A stretch of DNA of 64,000 nt from Verrucomicrobiia bacterium (GTDB taxonomy: Bacteria > Verrucomicrobiota > Verrucomicrobiia > Palsa-1439), in contig JBEKUF010000001.1 of assembly GCA_049515295.1 (NCBI GenBank), positions 3,625 to 67,624 on the forward strand, read 5' to 3'. The notes beneath the pieces were generated by a model. The model was not told the origin of the DNA and searched no databases. It saw only the letters and a program-made list of their open reading frames with translations. Below are positions 1 through 9,750 of the stretch, piece by piece; position 1 is the stretch's first letter; each line of letters opens with the position of its first letter. A program made the translations under genes and the position numbers.

Positions 1-346
1 CTAACCAACCACCTTTCATGCGCTTGGCAGCGGTCGTTGCAGGCCGCAAGCCGAGTTCGACGAGACCCGAGCCGTGTTTGCCGGGCTCGGAACCCTCACG
101 CGGCGGTTGTTCGCTGTGCACCCCCCGCCGCAGACTTGCTGGTGGCGCAACCCCAACACGGCGTTTTCTGCACGCAAAACCGATCCTTACCCCGTCTTCA
201 ACCCCCAAACGAAGCCATTCCGGTACAAACGAAGCCAAGTGACAAACTGACGCACTCAGCCACCTAACCACCTGTAAGTCAATTGGATCGACATTCACTA
301 GTACCTCGGAAAATTGGCTTCGTTTGTCAGAATTGCGTTTTTCGAA

Positions 347-370
347 GCGACCATGTCGTGCCTGGGTCGC
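347..370. repeat. REP-like palindromic element family A, copy 1 (core gcgaccatgtcgtgccYRggtcgc)
   Basis: 6-bp stem gcgacc/ggtcgc around a 12-nt loop. Near-identical cores also at 2143-2166 and 10290-10313, with about 40 nt of similar 5' flank. Confidence 0.6.
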
Positions 371-455
371 AATTCACTTCTTTTGCTTCCCCATCCCCTG
401 GGCCCAATCGAGACGCGAGGGAAGCTCCAGCCGATCCGCGCCGTACTCCCCGGGT

Positions 456-490
456 GTCACCCTGAGCGCAGCGAAGGGTCTCTGTCGTTC
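456..490. repeat. short interspersed repeat family B, copy 1 (gtcaYYctgagcgcagcgaagRRtctctgtcgttc)
   Basis: 35-nt near-identical copy at 4365-4399. Both are intergenic, and both translate to spurious 'SERSE(E/G)SLSF' peptides in the ORF track. Confidence 0.6.
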
Positions 491-799
491 GCCGTTCCCA
501 TCCTCCCTTGAACGCTGAACGCCATTCCCCATTAACCATCCCCCATTCCACATCCCCACCAGCATTCCCGAACTTATTCATACCGCGGCAAATATATCTT
601 AAATCGATATGGCAGTCAAATGAAAAATCGATTCACGATCCAGCGTCGTGCAACAGCGGCGAGTGGTTCGCGCCGCGCCAGCCGAATGCCGCAGCCAGTA
701 CTGACGGACACCCAATACTAATTGGCTTGCATGTCTGGTCGCCCTTCCCTATACTGACAGCCGTCATCCCGTTTGTTTAATCAGTAGCGGAGTCCAAGG

Positions 800-1762
800 T
801 TGAAGACAAACCTTCCAGTCAGCACCGCCTCGTTCGCCCTAAGCTTGCTTTTGCTCGCCGCACCGGGAACCGGCCAAGCGGACATCGTTTATGTGACCGA
901 CTCCGGAAGTGACACGATTGAGGAATTCAACTCGGCAGGCACGGGCACGATCTTTGCCACAGCCAGCTCAGGACTCAGCACGCCACAAGGTTTGGCCATT
1001 GATGGTGCAGGCAATCTCTACGTGGCAAATGAAGGAAACAACACCATCGAGAAATTCGACTCGTCGGGAAATGGAACGGTCTTTGCCAGTTCAGGTCTGA
1101 ACAACCCGGGATTTCTGTGTTCTGATAGCAGTGGCCATCTCTACGTGCTGAACGGCGACGGTACTATCGAGAAATTCGACTCCACTGGGAACGGGTCACT
1201 TTTTGCCAGTATCGGGCTGAACATCGACTCGGGCATTACCTGCGACGGTAGCGGCAACGTCTACGTAGTAAGCGATCTCCTTCCTCATAGTGAGCTTACA
1301 GTGCGTAAGATCGACTCCAACGGAAATGCGTCTACTTTTTATAGTATCCTCCTTATCCCGCCCTATCCTTTTCTAGCCTCTGGCGGAATCGCCTTCGACG
1401 GGAACAGTAATCTCTATGTCGCAGCCGATCCATTCTCTGGACTTAATGCGCGATCCGGTGTTATCGAAAGAATCAATTCCGTTGGCGCAGGGTCGCCCTT
1501 CACAAGCTCTGGAGCATCTCCCTTCGGAGCTCTTGCTTTTGGTAGCGATGGCGACCTGTACGCGGTAAGTGGGAGCATTATCGAGGAGTTTGATTCGAGC
1601 GGGAATGGAACACTGTTTGCCTCCGGATTGTTTGACGATGTGGGGATTGCAGTGGAGGCCGTCCCAGAGCCTTCCGCTGCGATGTTGCTCGCCGCCGCCC
1701 TGATCACGCTGCTTCCGTTAATGCGCCGACGGGTCTCTAGCAGCACCCCCGCTTACCGGTAG
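800..1762 (+). CDS. NHL-repeat protein with C-terminal PEP-CTERM sorting signal
   Basis: TTG start with a GGAG 7 nt upstream. Signal peptide (…SLLLLAAPGTGQA). Repeated YV(T/A)xxGxxTIExF(D/N)SxGxG NHL/beta-propeller blades. C-terminus VPEPSAAMLLAAALITLLPLMRRR (PEP motif, TM helix, basic tail) marks an exosortase substrate. Confidence 0.7.
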   Translation: MKTNLPVSTASFALSLLLLAAPGTGQADIVYVTDSGSDTIEEFNSAGTGTIFATASSGLSTPQGLAIDGAGNLYVANEGNNTIEKFDSSGNGTVFASSGLNNPGFLCSDSSGHLYVLNGDGTIEKFDSTGNGSLFASIGLNIDSGITCDGSGNVYVVSDLLPHSELTVRKIDSNGNASTFYSILLIPPYPFLASGGIAFDGNSNLYVAADPFSGLNARSGVIERINSVGAGSPFTSSGASPFGALAFGSDGDLYAVSGSIIEEFDSSGNGTLFASGLFDDVGIAVEAVPEPSAAMLLAAALITLLPLMRRRVSSSTPAYR

Positions 1763-2016
1763 TACCAGCCGCCGCCACGGTAGTAGTAATACCCGCGCGG
1801 TGCGCAATAATACCGATACGCTGGACGCCCGTAGTAGTAGGCCGGTGGCGCGCAATAATAGCCGTAGGCCGGGTAATACGCCGGACCGTAGAAGAACGGG
1901 AACCCAAACCCGACGTTCACAAACACGCGTGCCTGGGCCGGCGCTGACAGCAGACACACCAGCGTCACCACCGCTGCGAAACCACCAAGTGCTTTCAGGA
2001 TTCTTTTCATTTTCAA
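1753..2016 (-). CDS. small secreted Tyr/Gly-rich protein (87 aa, unknown function)
   Basis: GGAGGA sits 6 nt upstream of the ATG. Textbook signal peptide MKMKRILKALGGFAAVVTLVCLLSAPAQA. Mature 58 aa contain about 19 Tyr and two YYCAP(P/R) repeats. Convergent with the NHL gene and overlapping its 3' end. Confidence 0.6.
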   Translation of the reverse strand: MKMKRILKALGGFAAVVTLVCLLSAPAQARVFVNVGFGFPFFYGPAYYPAYGYYCAPPAYYYGRPAYRYYCAPRGYYYYRGGGWYYR

Positions 2017-2106
2017 TCCTCCAACTTACTTGTCCACCTTCACTATATTCCAACACCATTAGACGGCAAATGTGTCGCCCGGGTTACGCCTAAACCGGTG
2101 TAGCGT

Positions 2107-2215
2107 GCGAAGCCGAGTCCGACGGAGCCGAGTCTTCGAGACGCGACCATGTCGTGCCCAGGTCGCAAACGCGCCGAATGTTCGCCGGCGGCGCAATCCT
2201 CAGCGCATCCGGGCG
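2107..2215. repeat. REP-like element family A, copy 2 (extended element)
   Basis: gccgagtccgacggagccgagtcttcgagacgcgaccatgtcgtgcccaggtcgcaaacgcgcc… Intergenic between the Tyr-rich gene and the ABC permease. The 5' half also resembles 40-110. Confidence 0.6.
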
Positions 2216-2308
2216 GGCACTTGCATAGTTTCGGCTGGGACAGCCGACGCTACAGTGGTGGCAGTATTAAGGTGTCGTAGAACCTGGTCAGAAACCGCCC
2301 CTTTTTCG

Positions 2309-3319
2309 TCACCCTTTCAGCGCGCCCAACTGTATCCCGCTAACAAACCATTTCTGCCCCACAACAAACACAAGTATCATCGGCAGAATCATCATCATCG
2401 ACCCGGCCATCAGCAGGTTCCATTGCGTGCTGTACAGGCCCATGAACGACAACAGTCCCAAGGGCAGCGTCTTCATCGAATCCTGCGTCAGCACAATCAG
2501 CGGCCAGTAAAAACTCTGCCAGTTGCCCATGAACGTGAATATCGTCAGCGTCGCCAGCGCCGGTTTGCTCAGCGGCAAAATGATGGTCGTGAAGATCCGT
2601 AACAGCCCGCACCCGTCGATCGTCGCCGCCTCTTCCAGATCGCGCGGGATGCTCATGAAATACTGCCGCAGCATGAACGTGCCGTACGCCGAGAACATCG
2701 CCGGCACCGCCAGCGCAAAATACGAATCCAGCCCCACCAACCGCCCCGCTTCATACGTCCGCCCGAACATCGACACCGCGCGCGGCGTATCCCAATCCAC
2801 CATCGGCGCGACCGCCGTCAGCCATTCCGTAATCTTCCGCATCAGGATGAAGTTCGGAATCATCGTCACCGCGCCCGGGATCATCATCGTCGCCAGATAA
2901 CCGAGAAACAGCTTGTCGCGTCCCGGAAATTTCAGCCGCGCGAACGCATACGCCGCGCACGCGCTGGTCGTCACCTGACCGAGCGTGACCACCACGGCCA
3001 CCAGCAGGCTGTTCAAATACCACCGCGCAAACCCGCCGCCCATGGCCTGCGTCGTGTCGTACACGCGGGAAAAATTCCGCCATTCCGTTTTCGCCGGAAC
3101 CAACGCCTTGATCGGATTGTCCACCGAGGCGAACACGTCCCCCCCTGGTTTCACCGATGTCGACAGCATCCACAGAAACGGCAGCAGCATGAATAGCCCG
3201 ACGCCGCCGAGCACGAGATACGCCGCGGTCTTCCTTGCCGCCCGTTTCAGTTTCACCTCATCCTTCATCCCCCCGCCCTTATCCTTCAGTAGTGGCTTCG
3301 GTTTCGCCTCATCCCTCAT
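2309..3319 (-). CDS. carbohydrate ABC transporter permease (MalG/UgpE-like)
   Basis: Six-TM permease with EAA-loop region typical of the binding-protein-dependent transport family. Start could be the internal Met at 3268. Confidence 0.8.
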   Translation of the reverse strand: MRDEAKPKPLLKDKGGGMKDEVKLKRAARKTAAYLVLGGVGLFMLLPFLWMLSTSVKPGGDVFASVDNPIKALVPAKTEWRNFSRVYDTTQAMGGGFARWYLNSLLVAVVVTLGQVTTSACAAYAFARLKFPGRDKLFLGYLATMMIPGAVTMIPNFILMRKITEWLTAVAPMVDWDTPRAVSMFGRTYEAGRLVGLDSYFALAVPAMFSAYGTFMLRQYFMSIPRDLEEAATIDGCGLLRIFTTIILPLSKPALATLTIFTFMGNWQSFYWPLIVLTQDSMKTLPLGLLSFMGLYSTQWNLLMAGSMMMILPMILVFVVGQKWFVSGIQLGALKG

Positions 3320-3335
3320 CCTTCATCCCTCATCC

Positions 3336-4256
3336 TTAGTAGTGCACAATCCGCCCTCCCAGCCGCCAGTTCGCCAGCGTCACGGCGAACACGACTGCAA
3401 ACAGCGCCCACGCTATCGCCGCCGCGTAGCCCATGTGGTTCCACGCGAACGCGTGATTGTAAATGTAATAACTGATCGTCGTCGTCGCGCCCGCCGGTCC
3501 GCCCCGCGTCATGACAAATGCCTGCTCGAATCCGCCCTGCAATCCGCCAATCAGGCTCATCGTGAACACGAAAAACGTCGTCGGACTCACCATCGGCCAC
3601 GTGATCGCCCAAAACCGTTGCCAGGCGTTCGCGCCGTCGATGTTCGCCGCCTCGTACAACTCGGGCGACACGCCCTGCAGCGCCGCGAGATACAGAATCA
3701 TGTTGTAGCCGCCCACGACCGTCCAGAAACTCATGAACATCAGCGCGGGCTTGGCCCACGTCACTGAGTTCAGCCATTGCGGCGGCCAGTCCACGCCCAG
3801 CCCGCGAATCCCGTCGTTCAACCACCGCGGAAACCAACTCGCGATGATGGTATTGATCAGCCCGTAGTCGGGACTGTAAATCCAGCGCCACAACAGATAC
3901 GTGCCAACCCCCGCCACGATGCTCGGCAGGAAATACATCGTGCGAAACACGACGATCCCCCGCAGTTTCTGGTTCATCACCACCGCCAACAGCAGCGACC
4001 CCAGTATGTTCACGGGAATCGCCAGCATCAGGAACACCGTGTTGTACGCGTAATACCAGAAATCGCGGTCGCGCATCAGCGCGATGAAATTGTGTAGCCC
4101 GACGAACTTCGGCGGCGTGAACAGGTCCCACGCGTAGAAACTCAGCGCCAGCGACGCCACCACCGGCAGCAGCGTGAACGCGAGAAAGCCGAGCAGGTTC
4201 GGCAATAAAAACAAATACCCCGCCAGCGCGCCGCGCCCCCGTGTCGTTTGTGCCAT
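3336..4256 (-). CDS. carbohydrate ABC transporter permease (MalF/UgpA-like)
   Basis: N-terminus GYLFLLPNLLGFLAFTLLPV, and …EAANIDGANAWQRFWAITWPM… contains the EAAxxDGA permease signature. Confidence 0.85.
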   Translation of the reverse strand: MAQTTRGRGALAGYLFLLPNLLGFLAFTLLPVVASLALSFYAWDLFTPPKFVGLHNFIALMRDRDFWYYAYNTVFLMLAIPVNILGSLLLAVVMNQKLRGIVVFRTMYFLPSIVAGVGTYLLWRWIYSPDYGLINTIIASWFPRWLNDGIRGLGVDWPPQWLNSVTWAKPALMFMSFWTVVGGYNMILYLAALQGVSPELYEAANIDGANAWQRFWAITWPMVSPTTFFVFTMSLIGGLQGGFEQAFVMTRGGPAGATTTISYYIYNHAFAWNHMGYAAAIAWALFAVVFAVTLANWRLGGRIVHY

Positions 4257-4364
4257 CCGAGATCTCCTTGGAATCTCGCCGCCTTCTTACACCGCCCCCC
4301 GCCGCCACCGCAAGCCATTTGGCACCCGGGTGCATCGGGATACCTGCTCCGACCGAAAGGCTTT

Positions 4365-4399
4365 GTCATTCTGAGCGCAGCGAAGAATCTCTGTCGTTC
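4365..4399. repeat. short interspersed repeat family B, copy 2
   Basis: gtcattctgagcgcagcgaagaatctctgtcgttc versus gtcaccctgagcgcagcgaagggtctctgtcgttc at 456-490. Confidence 0.6.
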
Positions 4400-4564
4400 C
4401 CAGATGGACATTGGCATGTGGGCGTACAACTCCGCGTCTGCCCGTCGTGCCCAAATCATAGAGCCGCCGTTGTCAGAGCAATCCCAAGGCGGCCCCGGCG
4501 ACCAGGCTTGCACTCGAAGCGCAGACCTGTAAGCTGGGAGTAATTTCACAGGAGGGTACCGCGT

Positions 4565-4975
4565 ATGAGAAGATTACAAGGATTCGTCGTTCTGTCGCTG
4601 CTGCTCGCCGCGCCGCTGGCGTTGCGAGCGCAATCGAACAACCAGACAACGATTGGCGATGTGAAGCAGGCCGGCAAGAACGCCGCCGTGACTGCCGGAC
4701 ATTACACCGAGCAGCAGATCAAGGATCTCAACAAGGCCGCCGAGAAACAGTTCCACGAGCTGGGCAAGAAATTGAATGACCTGAAGTCCAATGCCCAGAC
4801 GCAAACCGGGCAGGCCAAGGCTGACATGGACAAGAAAATCGCCGAAGCCGAAAAGAAAATGGATGATCTCAAGCCGAAGCTGAAGGAACTCAAGACCGCC
4901 ACCACCAACGCTTGGGCCGACGTCAAGTCGGCCTTCGACAACGGAATCAAAGACCTGCAGAAAACGTTCCAGTGA
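4565..4975 (+). CDS. secreted K/E-rich coiled-coil protein (hypothetical)
   Basis: AGGAGG RBS. Signal peptide LLLAAPLALRAQS. The rest is low-complexity Lys/Glu/Ala heptad-like sequence. Confidence 0.55.
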   Translation: MRRLQGFVVLSLLLAAPLALRAQSNNQTTIGDVKQAGKNAAVTAGHYTEQQIKDLNKAAEKQFHELGKKLNDLKSNAQTQTGQAKADMDKKIAEAEKKMDDLKPKLKELKTATTNAWADVKSAFDNGIKDLQKTFQ

Positions 4976-4987
4976 CGCACGCGTTCA

Positions 4988-6112
4988 TCAAGCGCGCAAT
5001 TCTTCCCGCAACGCGCCGATGAACCGCCGGTTCTCTTCCATCGTGCCGACTGTCACCCGCACCCACGCGGGCATTTTGTAGCCGCGCATCGGACGCACGA
5101 TCACGCCCCGCCGTTGCAGCCCGCGGAAAACGGCGTCCCCATCGCCCACATTGACCAGCACGAAGTTGGCACAACTTGGCACGTATTCGAGCTTGAGCCG
5201 CTCGAATTCCCGGTAAAGATACGCCAGACCGCGCCGCGTCACCGACTTGGTCTTGCGAATGTGCGCGGTGTCGTCCAGCGCCGCCAGCGCGCCGGCCTGG
5301 GCGATGGCGTTGGTGTTGAACGGTTGCCGGACCCGTTGCAGCAGATCGATGCATTCCTTCTGCGCCATGCCGTAGCCGATGCGCAGCCCCGCCAACCCGA
5401 CAATCTTCGAGAACGTGCGCAGCACCACCACGTTGTGCTTGAGCGCCCAGTCAATCGATGGCGGCGGATCATCCAGGAATTCGATGTACGCTTCGTCCAG
5501 CACCGCCATGACGTGCGACGGCAAAGCGCGGATGAATTCATCGAGTTCGGCATTCGTCACGCGCGTGCCGGTCGGATTATTCGGATTGGCAACGAACACC
5601 AACTTCGTCTTCGGCGTGATCGCCGCCAGCATCGCTTTCAGGTCGTGCGTGTGACCCTTGAACGGCACTTCGATGCACCGCGCCTGAAACATCTTCGCCA
5701 TGATCGCGTAAATCACAAATGCCCGGTCGCCCGCGATGATTTCGTCGCCGGGTGAAACAAACGCGTGATACAAAAACTCGATGATCTCGTTCGACCCCGT
5801 GCCGAGAATGATGTTGTCAATCTCGACTTTGGAGGGCCTCGCTCCTGCGAGGCCGCCGCCGTTCAGTTTCTCCGCCAACGCCTGCCGCAGATAAAATCCA
5901 CCCCCATCGGGATACAGATGCGATGTCGCCAGCGCCTTGCGCATCGCCGCCACTGCTTTCGGCGACGGCCCCAGCGGGTTCTCGTTCGACGCCAGCTTGA
6001 TGATCGACTTCGGGTTCAGCCCCAACTCCCGCGCCACTTCCTCAATCGGCCGCCCCGGCTCATACACCGGCACATCACAGACATACCTGTTGGCAAGAGA
6101 TTGAAAATTCAT
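4988..6112 (-). CDS. hisC: histidinol-phosphate aminotransferase
   Basis: 374 aa class-II aminotransferase. N-terminal …YVCDVPVYEPGRPIEEVARELGL…IKLASNENPLGPSP matches the HisC family. Confidence 0.85.
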   Translation of the reverse strand: MNFQSLANRYVCDVPVYEPGRPIEEVARELGLNPKSIIKLASNENPLGPSPKAVAAMRKALATSHLYPDGGGFYLRQALAEKLNGGGLAGARPSKVEIDNIILGTGSNEIIEFLYHAFVSPGDEIIAGDRAFVIYAIMAKMFQARCIEVPFKGHTHDLKAMLAAITPKTKLVFVANPNNPTGTRVTNAELDEFIRALPSHVMAVLDEAYIEFLDDPPPSIDWALKHNVVVLRTFSKIVGLAGLRIGYGMAQKECIDLLQRVRQPFNTNAIAQAGALAALDDTAHIRKTKSVTRRGLAYLYREFERLKLEYVPSCANFVLVNVGDGDAVFRGLQRRGVIVRPMRGYKMPAWVRVTVGTMEENRRFIGALREELRA

Positions 6113-6270
6113 GACCGAATCCTATCAAATGCATTTCTCACAGGGAAGCCGAAGCGGAGCGGAGACGCGGCTACGCCGTTCAAATCCCACACGGAAACGT
6201 GCGTGCGTTGTCAGGACATCACACAGTCAACGTGAGCCCGGTAGTCGCCCCTGCCAAACCTTGGAATCGA

Positions 6271-7341
6271 CTACTCGTTCACATTTGGATAACTGCCGAG
6301 GATCTTCACGAACATCGTGTGCTTGGCCAGTTCGGCCAGTGCTTTCTTGACGCGCGCGTCTTCGCAATGTCCAAGCACGTCCACGAAAAAGTAATACTCC
6401 CACGCCTTCTTCTTGCTCGGTCGCGATTCGATCTTGGTCATGTTGATCTTGAACTTCTTGAATGACGCAATCGAATCATGCAACGCGCCGACGCGGTCCT
6501 GCACGCAGAACATCATCGACGTCTTGTCGTTGCCCGTCCGCCCGGGATATTTGCGTCCGATCACGAGGAACCGCGTCACGTTCTCGCTCGAATCCTGGAT
6601 GTTCGGCTCCAGAATCGTCAGCCCGTACATTTCCGCCGCCAGCACGCTCGCCAACGCGCCCGCGTTCGCCTCCTCCTTCGCGATCTGCGCCGCGCGGGTG
6701 CTACTCGAGGTTTCAATCACCTCGACATGTGGCAGGTTCGTCTGCAGCCATTGCCGGCACTGCGCCAGCACCTGCGGAATCGAGTACAGCTTCCGGATCT
6801 GGTCGCGCGGGCAGGCGGCCATCAGGTTGTGGCGAATCCGCAGGACAATCTGCGCGCAAATCTTCAGTTCGCTATCCAGAAACATGTCATAGGTGTGCGT
6901 GACCGCGCCCTCGGTCGAATTCTCAATCGGCACAACGCCGTAATCGGCGCGCCCCTTCGAGACTTCCATGAATACATCCGTGATGCTCGGCAGCGGCTCG
7001 TATTTGAGACTCGACCCGAACTTCTTAATCACCGCCATGTGCGAATACGTGGCTTCAGGCCCGAGATAAGCGATCACCAGCGGTTTCTCGAGCGCCAGCG
7101 ATGCGGACATGACTTCGCGATAGATGGCCCGCAGCGAATCCGCAGGAAGCGGTCCCTCCCCTTTCTCGACTATCCGCCTCAACACCGCGTCTTCGCGGTC
7201 GGGCGCATAGATCTCCTCGCCCGAGGCGTGCTTGATCTTCCCGATCTCGAGCACGAGTTTCGTCCGCTCGTTCAGCAGGCGCACGAGTTTCGCGTCGATC
7301 TCGTCGATCTTATTGCGCTGTTGCTGAAGTTTGTCCTTCAT
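6271..7341 (-). CDS. pheA: bifunctional chorismate mutase / prephenate dehydratase (P-protein)
   Basis: N-terminal CM_2 helix (IDEIDAKLVRLLNERTKLVLEIG), then a PDT domain (IAYLGPEATYSHMA…ESTEGAV) and a C-terminal ACT domain. Confidence 0.85.
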   Translation of the reverse strand: MKDKLQQQRNKIDEIDAKLVRLLNERTKLVLEIGKIKHASGEEIYAPDREDAVLRRIVEKGEGPLPADSLRAIYREVMSASLALEKPLVIAYLGPEATYSHMAVIKKFGSSLKYEPLPSITDVFMEVSKGRADYGVVPIENSTEGAVTHTYDMFLDSELKICAQIVLRIRHNLMAACPRDQIRKLYSIPQVLAQCRQWLQTNLPHVEVIETSSSTRAAQIAKEEANAGALASVLAAEMYGLTILEPNIQDSSENVTRFLVIGRKYPGRTGNDKTSMMFCVQDRVGALHDSIASFKKFKINMTKIESRPSKKKAWEYYFFVDVLGHCEDARVKKALAELAKHTMFVKILGSYPNVNE

Positions 7342-7996
7342 TCGCTTCGGATGCCTCTGGGGTCGTGTTCGCCGCGGCTTCCTTCGCCTTCGCTTCTTCC
7401 GCCTTTTGTTCCGCCGTCTTCAACGCCGCCGCCTGCAAACGCAACTCCGCCGCCTTCGGCATGTCGTCGATGTCGCGGAGGCCGAAATGTTCGAGGAACT
7501 TCTGCGTCGTGCCGTACAACATCGGCCGGCCCGGCGCGTCGCTCTTGCCGACGATGGTAATCAAATCGCGTTCCAACAACGTCTTGATCACGCCGTCCAC
7601 CTCCACCCCGCGAATCGCCGCGATGTCCGCGCGCGAAATCGGTTGCCGCAAGGCGATGATCGCCAGCGTCTCCAACGACGGCGGCGAAAGCCGGTGCGGA
7701 CGCGCTTCATCCAACAGTTTCTTCACCCACGGCGCGCACTCGGACCGCGTCACCAATCGCCACCCGCCGGCGATTTCCACAAGCTGATAACTATGCTGCT
7801 GCAGCTCGCATTCCGCTTTCAATTCATCCAGCGCCGCCACGATCTGCGCCTCGCGCACATTACGGAATGGTTCGGTCGCGCCGGGATTTTCTTCATCGGT
7901 CGCCTCGGCAAAAATGGTGCGGATTTCCTTCGGCGCGAGCGGTCGCTCCGCCGAGAACAGCAGCGCCTCAATGATTTTCTTCAGTTCCAGTGTCAT
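7310..7996 (-). CDS. scpB: segregation and condensation protein B
   Basis: MTLELKKIIEALLFSAERPL… with two winged-helix repeats and an acidic/Lys-rich tail. The tool ORF is extended upstream; the true ATG at 7994-7996 overlaps the scpA stop by 4 nt. Confidence 0.8.
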   Translation of the reverse strand: MTLELKKIIEALLFSAERPLAPKEIRTIFAEATDEENPGATEPFRNVREAQIVAALDELKAECELQQHSYQLVEIAGGWRLVTRSECAPWVKKLLDEARPHRLSPPSLETLAIIALRQPISRADIAAIRGVEVDGVIKTLLERDLITIVGKSDAPGRPMLYGTTQKFLEHFGLRDIDDMPKAAELRLQAAALKTAEQKAEEAKAKEAAANTTPEASEANEGQTSATAQ

Positions 7997-8748
7997 GCCA
8001 CTTTCAATACCCGTATTTCGCCAAACGCTTCGACCTGCAAAACCTTCAACCGCTTCAACCGGATCAATTCCAGCAAGGCCAGAAACGTCACCACCACCTC
8101 GGCCCGCGAACTGGCCGTCGCAAACAGCTCGCTGAATATCATCTCCGATCGGTCCCGCAGAGTATAGAGGATTTCTTCGATTTTGTCGCTGACCGTGAAT
8201 TTCTCCTCCATGATCTCGCGGAAATCCTCGCGGGCGCTGGCCTTCTTCAACACGTCGTTGAACGCGTTGATGAGATCGAAAATACTCACTTCCGCCAGGG
8301 GCACGTCTTTGTCGACCTCGATGCCCGAGGCCGCGCTTCCCCGTGAGAAGATGTTGGCCTGCTGCTCCTCGCGCCGGCCGAGTTGCAATCCCGCGTCCTT
8401 GAACTTCTTGTATTCGACGAGCTGGCGGATGAGTTCCCAGCGCGGGTCCTCGCCCTCCTCCGTCTCGGTGTCGGTGACCTGCTGGTCGACCGGCAGCAAC
8501 ATGCGGCTCTTGATGTACATCAGCGTGGCGGCCATCACGAGAAACTCGCCGGCGACTTCCAGATTGAGCAGTTGCATCAGCGTCAGGTACTCCATGTACT
8601 GGTTGGTGATGCGCTCGATCGGAATATCGTAGATGTCCACCTCCTCCTTCTTGATGAGGTAGAGCAGCAAATCGAGCGGCCCCTCGAACACCGCCAGTTT
8701 GACTTTGTAATCGGATTCCACGGTAAGTGTTTCGACCTTCCCTATCAC
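7993..8748 (-). CDS. scpA: segregation and condensation protein A
   Basis: …KLAVFEGPLDLLLYLIKKEEVDIYDIPI… is the ScpA kleisin N-terminus. GTG start likely. Confidence 0.8.
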   Translation of the reverse strand: MIGKVETLTVESDYKVKLAVFEGPLDLLLYLIKKEEVDIYDIPIERITNQYMEYLTLMQLLNLEVAGEFLVMAATLMYIKSRMLLPVDQQVTDTETEEGEDPRWELIRQLVEYKKFKDAGLQLGRREEQQANIFSRGSAASGIEVDKDVPLAEVSIFDLINAFNDVLKKASAREDFREIMEEKFTVSDKIEEILYTLRDRSEMIFSELFATASSRAEVVVTFLALLELIRLKRLKVLQVEAFGEIRVLKVA

Positions 8749-8825
8749 AAGCCGGCACCCCCCGCAATACGTGATTCAGGATTCCGCCTTGACGGGCTGC
8801 GCGGCGGCCCGTATGCAGTCGGGAC

Positions 8826-9461
8826 ATGGACGCAGCCAGCGTCGTCGCGATGATCGGTAAGGGCGTGCTGCTCGGTCTGGGCGCGGCGGCGCCAATTGGG
8901 CCCGTGAACGTCGAGATCGCACGACGGTCATTGCGCGGTGGATTCCGCGCTGGCTTCCTGCTCGGCTGCGGTGCGGTAACCGTGGACGTCACCTACGCGA
9001 TCCTCACCAGCCTCGGCGTGCGACCGTTGTTGGGTCGGCCCCGAGTGATGGCGGCGCTGGGGATTGCCGGTGCGGCGGTGTTGGTGTACCTGGGCGTGAT
9101 GTGCTTTGTCAGCGCCGCCCGGCAATGGCGCGGCGCCGCCACCAACGGCGACCCGGAGAAGCCAGCCGAGCGGCATTATGTGACCGGCCTGGCGATGACG
9201 AGCCTGAACCCGATGACCTTGGCGTTTTGGTGCGTGGTCGTGCCGGGCATGGTCGGGCAGTGGTCGGCGAACCCGGTCCGCGACCTGCCGTGGGTTTGCG
9301 TCGGCGTGTTTTCCGGAGCGATGTCCTGGGTGATCGCCTTTACCGGCACGATGAGTTGGCTCGGCCGCCGCGGCAAACGCGCCACCTGGCTCATCGCCGA
9401 TCTCGCCGGCGGCGCGATGCTCCTCGCTTTCGCCGCCTACGCCCTATGGCGCGTCCTTTGA
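8826..9461 (+). CDS. LysE/RhtB-family amino-acid exporter
   Basis: Six-TM, about 210 aa, Gly/Ala-rich helices (LGLGAAAPIGPVN…) typical of the LysE translocator family. Confidence 0.7.
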   Translation: MDAASVVAMIGKGVLLGLGAAAPIGPVNVEIARRSLRGGFRAGFLLGCGAVTVDVTYAILTSLGVRPLLGRPRVMAALGIAGAAVLVYLGVMCFVSAARQWRGAATNGDPEKPAERHYVTGLAMTSLNPMTLAFWCVVVPGMVGQWSANPVRDLPWVCVGVFSGAMSWVIAFTGTMSWLGRRGKRATWLIADLAGGAMLLAFAAYALWRVL

Positions 9462-9750
9462 CCGACGTGACGGCAATCTACATCCGACAGCCGTAGCGAG
9501 ACAAAGCGCGGGACGGTCGCCATCGAGCCTCACAACGTCAAGAGTACAGGCCTGGTCATATGTCGTTTCGTGTCATTCAACGACGTTCCCGGCGGTAGCA
9601 ATCTGGTGTTAGAATACCTAAAATTAACTTGTGGACAACATCACAGAGGATAAAGTGACGACAAATGCAACCCAACATCTCGCGATGGTGGCGGGCATAA
9701 GTCATATGGGAAACGTCGGCTAATACAGGTTAGACGAAGGTGCATGCAGC

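Noticed and set aside
4308-4323. tggcacccgggtgcat resembling a sigma-54 -24/-12 promoter upstream of the coiled-coil gene.
   Set aside because: GG-to-GC spacing is one nucleotide short of the consensus, and the -12 element is TGCA rather than TTGC. Too weak to call without a PWM scan.
3316-4335. 339-aa ORF antisense to the MalF-like permease. Similar long antisense ORFs occur at 6478-7560, 7331-8167, 13550-14557, 15084-16400, 19850-21277, 23442-25016, 30194-31573, 36258-37610, 37607-38659, 40323-41174 and 61067-61945.
   Set aside because: Arg/Ala/Gly/Pro-rich low-complexity translations with no motifs. This is the usual open antisense frames of a high-GC genome lying opposite well-supported genes.
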